This document shows, piece by piece, positions 22,407-36,258 of a DNA stretch of 55,702 bases (position 1 is its first letter; every line of letters begins with the position of its first letter). The notes under the pieces are model-generated. The model did not search any database, had not been told where the DNA came from, and saw only the letters and a program-made list of their open reading frames with translations. Source of the stretch: Mesotaenium endlicherianum. Its lineage: Eukaryota. The position numbers were made by a program, and so were the translations under genes. Location: positions 5,501-61,202 of the forward strand of contig WELA01001425.1 of assembly GCA_009602735.1 (NCBI GenBank), given 5' to 3'.

Positions 22407-23709
22407 ATGGAGTCGCAGCCGGCAGCTGGAGGAGGTGAACATGTCGAGCATGTTGAGCGCGCGGGGCAGCAGGCAGCACCAACGATGACCAGAGAGCAAC
22501 AAGAAATGCAGGCGATGCTAAGGCAAATGGCGAATGCAATTGGAGGAGAAGTCTACGCCCAATTTCAACAAAATATGCGCGCGGAGGTGGAGAGGATGGT
22601 GCGAGTTGTTGTTGGGAATGCCGCTTCGACGAGTTCGGCACCTGCACCCGTTGTACCACCAATTCATGTTAACCCAGTGGTGCAACCAGTTATTCCAACC
22701 GCATCGAGAGTGCGTGCGCCTAAGCCTGAAGTATATATTGGAGAGCGTGGATCGCCGCCTCTTTATCAATGGATTTTGGAGTGAAGAAGTTTATGGAGTA
22801 TTCCGCGCTCACACCCGACAAGCAAGTCGCCTTTGTCATAACTTTGCTGCAGAAGAGTGCTGAAGCTTGGTATGAACAAGAAGAGTAGCTGTTTGGAGTT
22901 CCTGCTACTGTTGATCAGCTATTTGAAGGCTTGAAGAGGCAATTTCAACCTATTGCACCCGAGGCTACTGCTCGAGATCTATTGGTGCGCCTTCGTCAAC
23001 GAGGAAGCATTCAGGAGTATGTTTTGCGCTTCAACGAGCTGGTGCTTCAAAGTCCATCCATGCATGAGTCAGAGATGATGGACAAGTTCAAGAGGGGGCT
23101 CAAGCCAACTGTGGCCAAGGAAGTGGCGCTCAAGGACCCTACCAGTCTTGGAGAAATGATGGCATTGGCAACAAGGGTTGACGTTGTGGAGTATAGCCAG
23201 AGGCAGTGGGGCAGCCACTACTTTGGAGGACATCGACACTTTGGATCTCAAGCGCCAAGCACGAGTGTTCAAGGTCCAGTGCCTATGGACTTGGGACTTG
23301 TTGAGTACCAGCGCAGGCAGCAGAATTTTAAGCTGAGGGGACCTTGCGATAATTGCGGCAAGCTTGGACATCTGGCTCAAGAGTGTCGTGTGAAGGCGAA
23401 ACAACATCAACAACAGGAAAAAGAAAGACGCCAGTAAGTTGTACTGGGGTGTCTACTTGCGTGAAGAAGGAAACTCACAAGGAGGTTATCTCCAGGAGCC
23501 TGCCGAGAAGCAAAGGACGAGATGTTGACAAGTCTATCATCGTGGAAGGAGTAGTCGACGGTAACAAGGCGAAGTGTATGGTCGACAGTGGCGCAAGTGC
23601 AAATTTTGTGCACAAGAAGCTGGTGAAAGAGTGGCGAATCCCTGTGCATAAGCATTATGAGCCTAAAGAGGCAGTTTTGGCAAATGGGCAGAGACTCAAG
23701 CGTGGTGCA
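22407..23709 (+). pseudogene. Element B gag (several premature stops/frameshifts) and N-terminal protease
   Basis: RAPKPEVY.G, ARDLLVRLRQRGSIQEYVLRF, GPVPMDLG, CDNCGKLGHLAQEC zinc knuckle; protease MVDSGASANFV in the -1 frame. Confidence 0.85.
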
Positions 23710-24533
23710 TGAAATGAATCGACTTACCAAATAGGCGATTAACAATTAATAAAGATCTTTATATCAGCAAGTAATCTTTATGGTATTTTTTGTTAATTGG
23801 TTAAACGGCAAAGGACAACACACTAGCAGTAAACAATACTTCGCGAGTCAAATGCAAGTAAACTAGCATCAGTAATGCAATTTGTAAACTCTTACATAAG
23901 CAAGGTTAGAAGACAGTGCGTATCAATGGCTTCTCGCCTTGGATTCAGATCTCTCTCAGTAAGCTGTACAAGAGAGTTGGCCTCGTTTCCAAATGCCGAA
24001 CTCGAGAGCAATGCCTAGCATATGTACATGGAATGAGTTTACTGTTCAACGGCCAGTGCGATGGCACCGTCTACCCGGGAGTTGGTAGGACCTCGGTTAA
24101 CCAAATCCACCGCCATCTCCCATCATCCCGAATCGCCATCCATCATAGAGATGTCATCTGGCCATTCATCTAGCATATCACACTTGTTTGCGTATCGAGG
24201 CAGTTCGCTGCTACCGAGTACGGAAGTCAGCTGGCTGTCAAAGAATGTGTCAGCAAGCTGACTTAAGTTGAATTCAGCCTGCTGCTTCCGGCTGAGTCAT
24301 TGAACTGATATTAAATATAAAGTCCAGCAGATTGATAATTAACTAGAGTTCAGTAGGCTGAAATTATTTAACTATTATATTTAAATGAATATTATATCTA
24401 CTAATATACTGGTTCATTACAATCCCTCCAACTTAACTTGTTGTCGCCTCGACAACATTAAACTGCAGAAGTTTTAAATAAGAGAACTGAACCTGACCAG
24501 CCTCCCCCACTGACTGCCTCTTCAGCCTGTCAC

Positions 24534-26211
24534 CTAGGGAGTTGTTCCTGGGGCTTCAGGATCAGGAAACTGAGATCTGGACCTAGATCTGGACAGCCCT
24601 CTAGGTCTGTCAGCTGGCCTTCTAAAGAACCCCGTTTGTTCTAAAGTTGGACCTCGAGGAGAACGAAGGATGGTAGCCTGCTCTTCACCCACTTGGGTGT
24701 TGATCCCCACATAGACAGGCATTCCAGTAGGATGTTGAAATACATTGGCAAGAGGTACATGTCCCTGAGCGAAGGGGGAGGCCGGCATACCTCTGGCCAC
24801 CCCGCGTGTCTTTCTTCAATCACCCCTGTCCTCTGGGGATTTCTGCCTGTGCCTGCTGCCAAGTACAGTCAGATCGGCTTCTTCCCCTACTTGGGCAGGT
24901 GGGCTGGGGGAGCGAGTGCGGGGTCCAGTTGCCTCCATGACGGGGATCACGTTCCATATACCTGATCTTGGTTCCTAAGAAAGTGCCCCTGCCTGCCCCT
25001 GGGTCTCCTGAGTACCAGCTCCTGATGCTTCTCCTCTGCCTTGTTCTTCTTCCTCATCCTCCTCATCCTCCTCCTCTAAGAGAGTAGGAGTCTCGTCCAC
25101 TAAGTCGTCCTGCTCCCTAGTAGACATGGAGTAGTCTACTGACCTCCCTTTCTTAGGGCGCGCTGGAGGTTGCTTGGCCTTCAGCCTGCTGATATCTATC
25201 CGGCCTGCATTCTTCGCCCATTTGACGAAGGCATGCTTTTCCTTGAAGAAGTAGTCTCCTCCCCTCCTCCTGTGCTCTTTGGTCTCTGCATTCATATTGC
25301 TCAGGCAGCCATTCAGCCTGGGGTCCCAAGGGGCAATGTGAGGTGGTAGGATGAGGTAGCCGTCTAGGCCATAGGGGAAATCGTCTGGTTGGGCTCGGTC
25401 ACACTCCTGCTTTTTGTTTGTGACGGTCATCCACCTCCAGTCTGTTGGCTGCTGGTAGTACTGGGGTCCATGCTCAGCCTTTCTCAGTTTACACAAGAAC
25501 TAGTGGGAAGAGAACATCTCCTGTCCTGCTTCCCTGGCCAAGTACTCCCAGCTCCTTCTCTCAACTTCATTGTAAGCTGGCAACAGTGTGAGGTAGAATA
25601 CCGTATCCTTAAAGCTATCGGGCCGCATGCTCACCATCTCGATGAGTCTCTGATCTCCCAGACTTCTCGGTATTGGGACTGGCTTGTTCTCTGAATCATT
25701 GGCAAGGTACCGGGCCTGCTCTGCTGTATAGCCAACCATCTTGGCATAATCCTCGTAGAGGATCACACCAGTGTGTGTCTCCATGTACCTATCCAGTGCT
25801 GCTGTTCCTCCCCTCTGTAGCAGTGTTGTCTTTTCCAGCTTGTTGATCTTTTGGGCTGCCAGCAATGCTTCCTTCAGGTTATCAAAGTTTTGGCCACCCA
25901 CCACAATATACCTGTAAGTGGCCAAGCTCTTCTGCCTGTCCGCTTCAGCCTTTTTTCCTTCTCTCCTCCTCTGCCGCTGCCGCTTCTTCTTGTTGTTTCT
26001 TCTGTCTCTCCTCCTCAGCTTTCCTGAGGTTTGCCGCTTCCTGATCCTTCTTCCTCTGTGCTTCTTCTGCCGCCTCTTGTTGTTTGCGGACCCTTTCTTG
26101 TTCTCTCCTAGTGAGGGACGTCGCCGCCAGCTCCTTCTGGTATTGCTCCATTGTCCTCCTGGCTTCTTCTGCCTTGCGCTTTCTGTCCTCCTTTTGTGTG
26201 GTGGGTGCCAT
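24534..26211 (-). pseudogene. Disrupted copy of the family C extra ORF (C2-type allele)
   Basis: ORF pieces 25945-26235, 24975-25496 and 24534-24800 are collinear with the 36259-37935 protein, with stops and frameshifts. Confidence 0.85.
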
Positions 26212-26469
26212 TCTGCACATGTAACCAGGGCACAAGTTAGTAGGATATCGACCTTTGTCATAGGAGTTGCAGGAAGGGAGTAAGTTCGTATCAGTATGGT
26301 ATATTCGTTCCTGTTTACCTTACAGGGTGATTGCTAGAAGTTGACGTAGTTGCGGTGCGCTAGACATAAACGTATGAATGTGTTTTCAGGTGTGTTTAAT
26401 GATGTATTGCTGTGCGAGGCCCTTTTTCCTTCAGCCAAACGTACTTTATGTGGGCCAGGCTGTCCTCTA

Positions 26470-26622
26470 TGTCACTATGCTGACACTTAGGATTCACATA
26501 ACCGTCCCATCTGTCACTATGATGGCACTTAGGGTTCACGTAACTGTCCCTTTCTTAGGATTCACATAACCGTCCCATCTGTTACTATGCTGACACTTAG
26601 GGTTCACATAACTGTCCCTTTC
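26470..26622. repeat. ~42-bp tandem repeat (3-4 units) between pol and the extra ORF of C1
   Basis: gtcactatg.tg.cacttagg.ttcac.taac.gtccc units; absent from the same position in C2. Confidence 0.8.
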
Positions 26623-26715
26623 TCGCTCTCGCACACTAACTGTCATATATTTTCCCCTCCAACTTAAATGGAGACAGGACCTCCTGTCACCTTCCCGTGT
26701 TTACTGAAATGATTG

Positions 26716-29700
26716 TTAGGGAGGTGCTCCAGCCGCCCGAAGGTGGAACCGTTTCAACGCCCCTTTGGCATTAGTCAAATGGTCTTTAAATTCCCAAGTG
26801 TCCCTAGAGGCATCGTAACCCTTCCATCGAATGAGGTACTTCATGACATATTTAGACATTCGACGGACCGAGCGCGCGTCTAAAATCTCCTCATCCTCAT
26901 ATTCCTCAGGGTTGCCGTCCCGGATAGCGGGGACCGGTCCCGGTTGGACAGGTAACCGACCTGTGAACAGTGTATCACCTTTGATGTATGGTTCCAGGAA
27001 GGAAACATTAAAGACCGGGTGACCCTTGTATTCGGCTTACATATTCAGTTTGTAAGCATTATGACCGACACGACGCACCACCGAATATGGACCGACCCAG
27101 ACAGGGCCAAGCTCTTTCTTGACCATACCAGGAAGGTACAGGTGCTGAGAATGCAGTTTGACTAAATCGCCCTTCGAAAATGTCAGCTCCCGACGGTGTT
27201 GATTAGCGTATTTTTGTTGATTTTCTTGGGCTTTGTGCAGATTTTGTTGGACTTCTGACAGGGTGTCAGCAAACTCCTGAGTTAACAGCATGCTGACTAA
27301 AGTTCCTTTCTTGCCAGTCAGGTCTTTTAGAGAGTGCATCAGCAGGATTCAACTTCCTTGGTTTGTAGTCGATCTGGACTTGGAACTGCTCCAGAATCTA
27401 GCTCCAGCGGTTCTCTCTCCTCGACAGCTTGGACTTCTTCTAAAAGTGAGTCAGAGTTAGATGATATGTAATCACCTTAAAAGCTTTACCATGTAAGTAT
27501 GCTCTCCACTATTTGAGCACATGAATGATAGCTAGCAGCTCTTTATCATGCACTGAGTAATTAAACTCCGCTGGATTAAATTTCATAGACTCGTACAACA
27601 CAGAGTGCCAATCCTGCCGTACCTTACCATCCTTTGTGATTTTGTCAGCAGGCTGCAACAAAATAGCACCCACAGCAAAGTCAGAGGCGTCAATGACCAC
27701 CTGCACCGGTTTGCTGGGGTCATACACGGCTAGCACTGGGGCAGAACAAAGGGCATCTTTAAGGGTCTGGAAGACAGCCTGCTGCTCTTCCCCCCACACA
27801 TACCCTATGTCATTCTTACTAAGGTCAGTCAATTTACTGGCCTTTGTATAATAATTCTCAATAAATATCCTATAGTAATTAGCCAACCCGAGGAAGGATC
27901 TAACTTCAGAGACAGACTGTGGTACTGGCCAGTCCCTTATGGTCTGGACTTTCTTAGGATCCACACTGATGCCGTCTTTACTGACAACGTGGCCTAAGAA
28001 TTCAATACTTTCCTTAAAGAAATCACACTTGCTCGTTTTAGCATATTATTGATTTCTTCTCAGAATGTCCATGACTGTCTTTAAGTGTTCAGCGTGCTGA
28101 GCTTCATCTTTAGAAAAAATGAAAATATCATCCAGGAAAACTTGCACAAATTTATCCAAATAAGGCCTGAAAATGTCATTCATAGCACCCATGAAGGTCG
28201 CCGGACCATTAGTTAGTCCAAATGGCATCACGTTGAACTCATAGTGTCCATAACGTGTGCGAAAGGCAGTCTTGTGTTCATCCCCCTCAGCAATTCTGAT
28301 TTGATGATAACCACTCTTGAGATCTATCTTACTGAACACCTTAGCGCCAGACAGGGTATCGAGCAAGTCCTCGATTTTGGGTAAAGCATACTTGTTCTTT
28401 ACTGTAATTCTGTTCAGGGCTCTGTAATCCACACAAATCCGCATACTGCCATCCTTTTTCTTAACAAATAGGATGGGTGCGTCGTAAGGTGATTTACTGG
28501 GGAAAATATAACCATTTTCCTCAAGCTCTGCAATCTGTGTTTTCAACTCCTCGCTCTCCATATAAGACAAGCCATAAGTGCGTTGCCAAGGTGGCTGACT
28601 CCAGGTAATAAATCAATCCTATGATCTACTTCCCTCTTAGGTGGTAGTCCCGGAGGCATTTTAAAAACAACAGTGTACTGAGCAACAATTTTTGCAGCAG
28701 TAGGGTGCTCCGGAGGGCTTACCTTTTCCTCAACCACTTGTTCAGGTTGAGGAGGTACCTCTCTTAGCAGCAGACAGAACATTCTGTCTTCCTTCTGATT
28801 CCAGCATTTGATGAACTCCATTGCATTCAGCAATTTGCATCCTCCTGGAAGCCTCTTCTTTTCCTTCATTTGCCATCCACACAGGACAAGAGGAAGAGCA
28901 CTAGTGGGTGTCAAGTCAGTCTGCCCATCACTGGCTCCTCTCACTTTAACTGTACCTCTGCTCCAACACACTTCAGCTTCATGTCTATTAAGCCAGGACC
29001 TGCCTAGCACGAGATCATAAAAGCCAGTGTTGAGTACCTCAAATGTAAGCGTTTCAGTTAGAACTGCAATGCCAGAACCTAACTGGACCTCAATAGGCTT
29101 GGTTATAACTCCTCCCGCGATACTTGAGGCATCTCCAAGGAATATTTTTCTATTCCCTTGGGTGACAGTAGGCAGCCTTAGCCGCTTAACTAAGTCCTTG
29201 TGGATAAAGGTATGTGACGCCCCTCCGTCAACAAATGCCCTCACCTTCCTACCTGCAATCATGCAATGCAGTAGGATAGGGGGGACCGTCTTTTCTTGAC
29301 TTTCGCATTGTTCTCCTGACTTAGCAAAGAAATGTTGGACATCAAGTGAAACAAGAGCATCCAGAGTGTGCACTCTCTGGATGTCTATATTGCTGATGGT
29401 CTCCTTTATCTGGTTGTCAGGCATGCATACTGAATCCAGTTCAGCAGGACCCAAAATACCTGCTACGAGGGCAGCTAGTGACGACTCACTATCTCTAGCT
29501 TCCTCACAGTCAGTAGACTGGATTACTGACTGTTGCTGTCTTTTAAAGGCTGGTCTTTTCTCTCGACCTTCGGAAGGTGCTNTTTGACTGAACACTGTTC
29601 TCTGTAGTGGCCCAACTGCTGACAATGGTAGCAAGTGGATTTTGATGAGGCTGGTCTCGGCTTAGTCCTACCACCTCCTCTTCCATGGCTACCTCGAGAG

Positions 29701-30700
29701 TAACCACCTCTCCCCCTAGACTTTATAGCATTATACTCATACTCGTACTCATCACCCTGATCATCCTCAGCCTGGTCTCCTCCAATTGCATTGTAGGAAC
29801 CGTGGGGCTTTTTGACAATCTTAGACACCAAAGCATTACTCTGGCGCATGTGATTGAACTGCTGCTGATCCCAGGCATCAGCATCCTGGATCAAGTCAGC
29901 CAGTTTCTCATACTTCTTCTCAGCAAAATGACCAGAGACTTCGGATTTCAAGCCATACCTCAAGTATGCTATCCTACACCGTTCTGGCAAGTCTGGCTGC
30001 TTCATCATGTTCTCCTGGAACTTTTGAGCAAACTCAGCAACTGAAGTGGTCTGCTTCAGTGTTAAGGAGATCATCGCATAGATAGCTTTCTCCTGCTGGT
30101 TGATGACATCAAACTTCTCATGCAACTTCTCGACAAACTCTACCCACGTAGGATCACCGAGTTGTTGAGCCTTACGCTCTCCTTTCCAGTACAGCCACCA
30201 GTCTGCGGCACTGCCTTTCGGTAGCGCACCAGTGTGCCTGACCTTCTCAAAATCTTGCAGTTTTGGGTAGTTCTCCAGCCACTGCTCAACATCCGCGAGA
30301 AACTTGATCAGGTAATGTTTCCCTCAGGATCATAGTCCTGGGGAGGTTTCGGCTTGGGCTTACTAGGCCCTCTGCCACCACCAGTGGTTTGAGACCCCAG
30401 TTGGTCTCTCTCCCGCAGTAGAGACATTATGATTCTTTTGTCCTCCTGTTGGGACTGATACATGGTCGCCATTTGCGACTGCATTTGAACAAACAAGGCT
30501 CCCAAGTCTACGTTTTGGGGTGGTAGATTAGCAAATGCAGCAGCAGCATTGGCATCTACTCGCTGAGTACTGTCCTCAACAGTCCCTCTTGCTCCTGCAG
30601 CAGCAATTCCTGCCGCATTCAGCCGGTCACGTATTTGACCTAGGGGTACATTGAGTTGTACAGCAGGAGGTGGGTTCAGAACATTGGCCCTGGATGCCAT
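26716..30700 (-). pseudogene. C1 gag-pol remnants (chromodomain, RNase H, RT, protease, gag)
   Basis: Fragments are near-identical to the C2 pol and C3 gag; a ~1-kb integrase core is missing at 27286/27287. Confidence 0.9.
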
Positions 30701-33700
30701 GCAAGTACGACGTTATCCTAGGGACGCCTTGGTTGACCAAGCACAACCCCCAAGTTGATTGGAGGGACGGTACTATCAAGATCAAGAATGACATTACTTC
30801 AAGAATCTGTATTTTGCGCGCAATCTAGAATATCCAGACCCAAGACATCAAGAAGCCGGCACACGAGATACTATTGTTTGCCCTCCAACTCAAGAGACTT
30901 GTGAGGAAGGGACACGAGCTTCTTTTGGCCTTGATCACGCCAAAAGACATTAAGAAAGACATCGAGAGTCAAGAAGACAGCCCCCTTCCCAAGGAGATAC
31001 AAGAAGTCTTAGAGGACTACAAAGAAGTATTCTCCCTGGAAGTGCCCAAGGGCCTACCCCCCAAGAGATTCGTAGACCACAAGATAGAGTTGGAGCCCGG
31101 AAGCAAGCCCATCTCTCGACCTACGTTCAAGATGTCATACACAGAGCTAGACGAAGTCAAGAAGCAAATTAAGGAGCTACTGGACTACGGCTTCATTCGT
31201 CCTAGCAAGTCGCCATTTGGAGCCCCGGTGCTATTTGTCAAGAAGAAGGACGTACTTTGAGGATGTGTGTGAACTATCGCGCCCTCAACAAGATCACCAT
31301 CAAGAATCAATACCCGCTGCCGCGCATGGATGAGCTAATGGATCGGCTGGTTGGAGCCAAGTACTTCACGAAGATTGACTTACGGAGCGGCTACCACCAG
31401 ATTCGCATCGCAGAACCGGACATAGAGAAGACGGCATTCAGGACAAGATATGGACATTTTGAGTTCATGGTCTTGCCATTTGGACTCACCAACGCGCCAG
31501 CAACTTTCATGACTATGNTAACACACCAGCAACTTTCATGACTATGATGAACACCATATTTCAGCCCCTGCTAGACAGATTTGTGGTGGTATTCATTGAC
31601 GACATTCTCATCTACAGCAAGACCCTTGAAGAGCATGGAAGACACGTGAGAGAAGTGCTCAAAATCCTGAAGCAAAACAAGCTGTTTGCAAAGGAGTCAA
31701 AGTGCGAGTTTGCCAAACAAGAAGTGGAGTTCCTAGGTCTCCACGTGACTGCTGATGGCATCAAGATGGACCCCAAGAAGACCACGGTGGTGGAGGAATG
31801 GCCAACCCCCACGACCAAGAAAGAACTCCAGTCATTCTTGGAATTTGCCAATTGGTACAGAAAAATTCATCCAAGACTTCTCGCACATAGCAGCCCCCCT
31901 GACAGATCTACTCAAGAAGGACAGGCTATACACAAGGACCGAAAAAGAGGAAGAGGCATTTCAAGAGTTAAAGCGAAGATTGACCACATCCCTGGTGCTC
32001 ACTCTCCCAAGTCCAAACCCAGATTGGCCCTTCCACGTCATCACCAATGCATCTTCCTATGCAATAGGAGCAATCCTGCTTCAAGACCAAGGCAAGGGAC
32101 TGCAGCCCATCGCCTACGAGTCAAGGAAGATAAATCCAGCCGAGCAAAATTATACAACTACGGAGCGAGAGGCGTTGGCGATTGTACATGCCTTGAAGGT
32201 TTGGCGCTGCTACGTTGAAAAACGCAAGGTGCTGGTCACTACGGACCACGAGGCGTTGAAGCACCTCCAACGCAGCCGTATCTCTCACGGAGACAAGCAA
32301 GATGGAGTGAATACTTGCAACAGTACAACATCACGATTTAGTACCAGCCCGGCAAGACAAACCCGGCTGACCCCCTCTCAAGACTGCAATTAAATGCAGT
32401 GATGACATTCCCGAGTACAGATCTGGAAGCTCGATTTTCTGCCGCCTATGATGCGGACCCTTATTTCGCAAATGGCGAGGCAGCCCTTGACCCACACAAG
32501 AAGCAAGAAGGAAACTATTGGGTGAGACAAGACACAAGATAGAGATGCGTGCCTAATAATCAAGAGCTACAACTCTTGTTACTTCGAGAAGCACACGACA
32601 ACCCACTTGGAGGTCACTTTGGAATATTAAAGACCACGGGCGTGCTCGCAAGGACTTACTGCTGGCCAGGAATGTCTAAGCAAGTCAAGGAGTACTACAG
32701 GAGCTGCGACACATGCCAAAGAATCAAACCATCATCACAAAAGGCAGGAGGACTTCTTCAACCACTACCAATCCCCAAGACACAGTGGACAGACATCTTC
32801 ATGGACCTCATCGTGGACTTGCAAGTGACACCACGCGGCTACAATCCAATATTGACAGTGGTGGACAGACTTACAAAGATGGCTCATTTCATCCCAACAA
32901 CGACCAAGGTTACAGCACCTTAGTTAGCAAGACTCATCTTTGACAATATTTTTCGATTACATGGCCTGCTATCAAGAACAGGGTCTGATCGCGACCCGAG
33001 ATTCACAAGCCATTTCTGGAAATATCTCTTCAAGAACTTGGGTACATCGCTGGATATGTCCACTACCTACCACCCACAATCGGATGGACAAACAGAGCGT
33101 ATGAATCGTACTCTCAAGACCTCTCTAAAGGCCAACGTGTCTACTCTGGAGCAAGACTGGGACATGTACTTGACCCCTTTGGAGTTTGCCTACAACAACA
33201 CGACGCAGACCTCTACCCAAGAGTCCCCTTTCTTCCTCAAGTAAGGCTTCCATCCGATCACGCCGCTGAGCTTTACGGCTGGCCATGATGAAGTACCTGC
33301 AGCGGCAAATTTTTTGGAGACATTAGAAGAAGCCCTTGCAGCAGCCACAAGAGCTCTACAACACGCGCAAGATGCTCAAGCAAAAATGGCAAATAGGCTA
33401 GAAGAGAAATTACATACAAAGTGGGCGACGCAGTGTTACTATCATCCAAGAACATTTCCCTTAACAACAGGCCTGCCGGCAGCAAGTTCTCTCCCAAGTA
33501 TTTGGGACCCTTCAAGATAATCCAGCAAGTCAACCCAGTTGCTTTCAAGCTAGAGCTTCCCCAGACTATGCACATCGACCCCGTGTTCCATGCTTCCCTC
33601 TTCAAGCCGTATGTGCAACCTGACAACAAGTTCCCAGGACGTGTGACAAGCACACCAGCCCCAACAATAGTGGATGATCATTTGGAGTACGAAGTGGAAG

Positions 33701-35245
33701 ACATAGTGGCTTTGAGAAATTTCAGGAGACAACCAGAATACTTGATCAAGTGGAAAGGATATCCAGATTCAGAGAATAGTTGGGTGGCGGCGCACTAACT
33801 TGACAAAGTTCAGAGAAAGCTGAAACGCTTCCATGCCACCAACCCCCATCTTGGACCAGCCCCAAGTCTCTCTACTAGAAGCCCGCAGACTTCAGGGAGG
33901 CAGCCTGCCATCATCAAGAAGCAGCAGAAGACCCCTTGGAGGCAGCCTGCAAGAACCACAAAGAGGAAAAAATGACATTAGACACTTTTCTCTTCTCGCA
34001 GTTTCTGGACAGAAAACTAAAACTTCTACAGGTGATAGATCTCTGCAAAACAAATTCTGAAAATTTACCTGGATGTAATCCATGAGTAGCCGGTCATTTA
34101 GAGTCCAAGTTTGCTCAATTTGGAGCACAGGTGAGAGAGATATGATGCTCTAAGTAGAAGGGAGTCAGGCTGCTGGCATTATTAGGGCAGAATATGCCTT
34201 CTGACATTGTGCCCTTCCTTGAATTTGGAATGCTCCGAAACTCAAAACTCTGGTAGAACATCTTACAGCGCCAATTTTGAGACTTAATTGCATAATTTGG
34301 AAAAGTTTAGGACTTATGATTTTCAGAAGTTTCTGCATAGATTTGGAGGAGTGCCTACCCTCTCAGCTCTCAACGACACTCCAGAAATTAGAATGCTCTC
34401 AAATTTGGTGACCCGGTAGAGTTCTCCGACGCAATCCGTCTGGCATTTGAATGTTTAGACTTGCAGCAGTTCTGTGGATGCTATGAATTCTTGAAGTTGT
34501 GGCAGATTATGGGCCAACTTGTACAATTTTCTTCATCATCAAGGAGTAGGCTAGCCAATAAGGTCACACCACCCACGACCTTGCCTAGTCTACCTCAAAT
34601 GTGCAGCGCCTGACTTGGCGCCTTTGACTACTCCTCTTCACATGTGTGGCATCTGACTTGAAGCTGTTGACTAGCCTGCTCCACATGTGTAAGACCTGAC
34701 TTGACGCGCCGAAACCTCGCTTTTTCTGTCGAGGGGGTGATGTAGTGATTCGAGTTATAGTATATTAGTTGGCATATATTTTAATGCTTTTGAATATATA
34801 TTTGGAGTAGTATTGTATGGATTCAAGTGTGAATAGATACTCTAGTGACTTGGTTCATGTCCTTTGAACCTTCTAAGGCATTTTCGAAGTTAGAGGAAGG
34901 ACCTAGAAGAACTCCATGTGGCAAAAGTCAAATGTGCCATTTTTAGGTCAAAAGGACATGTGTACATTATTCTAGAAAAAGGTGGCAAATTTTGGGATGT
35001 GTTGGGTGCCAACACATCAACATGCACCTTTCTAGAAATTACTCATGTAGCAAGTATATAAACATAAGCTAGAACATAGAAAGACATTCCAGAATCACTC
35101 TTGTACTTGCCAAATTCCAGAAATAAATAATTTTTCAAGAAGTCATCTCTCTTTCAAGAAGCGACCACTTGTGTTCAAAGATCCTTGTCTTGATTAAGTA
35201 AAGTATTCTATTTTACTAAGTACTTTATCTATCTGTTTCACTACA
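30696..35245 (+). mobile_element. 5'-truncated, degenerate family A copy A2 (mid-protease to 3' LTR 34741-35245)
   Basis: Collinear with A1 from position ~17609 onward, with many stops and frameshifts; PPT followed by a 505-bp LTR ending TCACTACA. Confidence 0.93.
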
Positions 35246-36258
35246 GACGAGCAAAAATTCAGAGCTTTGACCTTAGCCATCCCACCCGTTTAAAATGCAC
35301 ATTAGTCACTTGACAGCCCCAGACAAGCTAAGCCCCACTGGCACATTAAAGCAGCACTAAGCAGTGACAAAACATTAAATAGGCTGCTACAATCTCCTAG
35401 ACTGAAATAAATCGACTTACCAAATAGGCGATTAACAATTAACAAAGATCTTCATATCAGCAAGTAATCTTATGGTATTTCCGTTACATGTTAAACGGCA
35501 AAGGACAATACACTAGCAGTGAATAATACTCGTAAGTCAAATGCGAGTAAACTAGCATCAATGATGCAAATCAGTAAACTCATACATAAGCAAGGTTAGA
35601 AGACAGTGCGTATCAATGGCTTCTCGCCTTGGATTCAGAGTTCTCTCAGTAAGCTGTACAAGAGAGTTGGCCTCGTTTCCGAATGCCGAACTCGAGAGCA
35701 ATGCCTAGCATATGTACATGGAATGAGTTTACTGTTCAACGGTCAGTGCGATGGCACCGCCTACCCGGGAGTTAACCACGTTGGTAGGACCTCGGTTAAC
35801 CAAATCCACCGCCATCTCCCATCATCCCGAATAGCCATCCATCATGGGGATGTCATCTGGCCATTCATCTAGCAGGTGGTACTTAGATGCATATCAAGGC
35901 AGTTCGCTGCTATCGAGCACGGAAGTCAGCTGGCTGTCAAAGAATGTGTCAGCAAGCTGACTTACGTTGACCTCAGCCTGCTGCTTTTGGCCGAGTCATT
36001 AAACTGATAATTATGTAAAGTCCAGCAGACTGATTATTAACTAAAGTTCAGCAGACTGACTACTAACTAAAGTTCAGCAGGCTGAACTAAATTAACTATT
36101 ATATTTAAATGAATATTATATCTACTAATATACTGATTCATTACAATCCCTCCAACTTAACTTGTTGTCGCCTCGACAACATTAAACTGCAAAAGCTTTA
36201 AATAAAGAAACTGACCCTGACCAGCCTCCCTTACTGACTATCTTTTCAGCCTGTCACC

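Larger units (their letters stand above)
15040..23709 (+). mobile_element. Decayed Ty3/Gypsy element B: 5' LTR (~15040-15460 plus 22140-22371, split by element A1), PBS, gag and protease; truncated by C1
   Basis: PBS TGGTATCAAAGC at 22372-22383, followed by gag and a DSG protease. The LTR start is inferred from TGATAAAA (15040), which is the inverted match to the end ...TTTTATC; the left boundary is uncertain. Confidence 0.65.
23710..30700 (-). mobile_element. Defective family C chromovirus copy C1: 3' LTR 23710-24421, extra ORF, pol with integrase deletion, partial gag; 5' end lost
   Basis: LTR matches the C2/C3 LTRs; PPT TTAAGTTGGAGGGAT on the minus strand at 24422-24436; pol and gag are collinear with C2/C3 but carry stops and frameshifts. 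Confidence 0.92.

Noticed and set aside
23916..24173. Recurrent 85-88 aa ORF 'MRINGFSPWIQ...' (also at 35606, 42442, 50627)
   Set aside because: It lies inside the family C LTR, antisense, with a GTG start; recurrence only reflects LTR identity
26470..26622. CRISPR-like array
   Set aside because: The repeats are contiguous with no unique spacers, the context is eukaryotic, and there are no cas genes
31510..31545. Apparent frameshifts or duplications at single Ns (31518, 43559, 49283, 29582)
   Set aside because: A single N, usually flanked by a repeated overlap, is typical of scaffolding joins rather than biology
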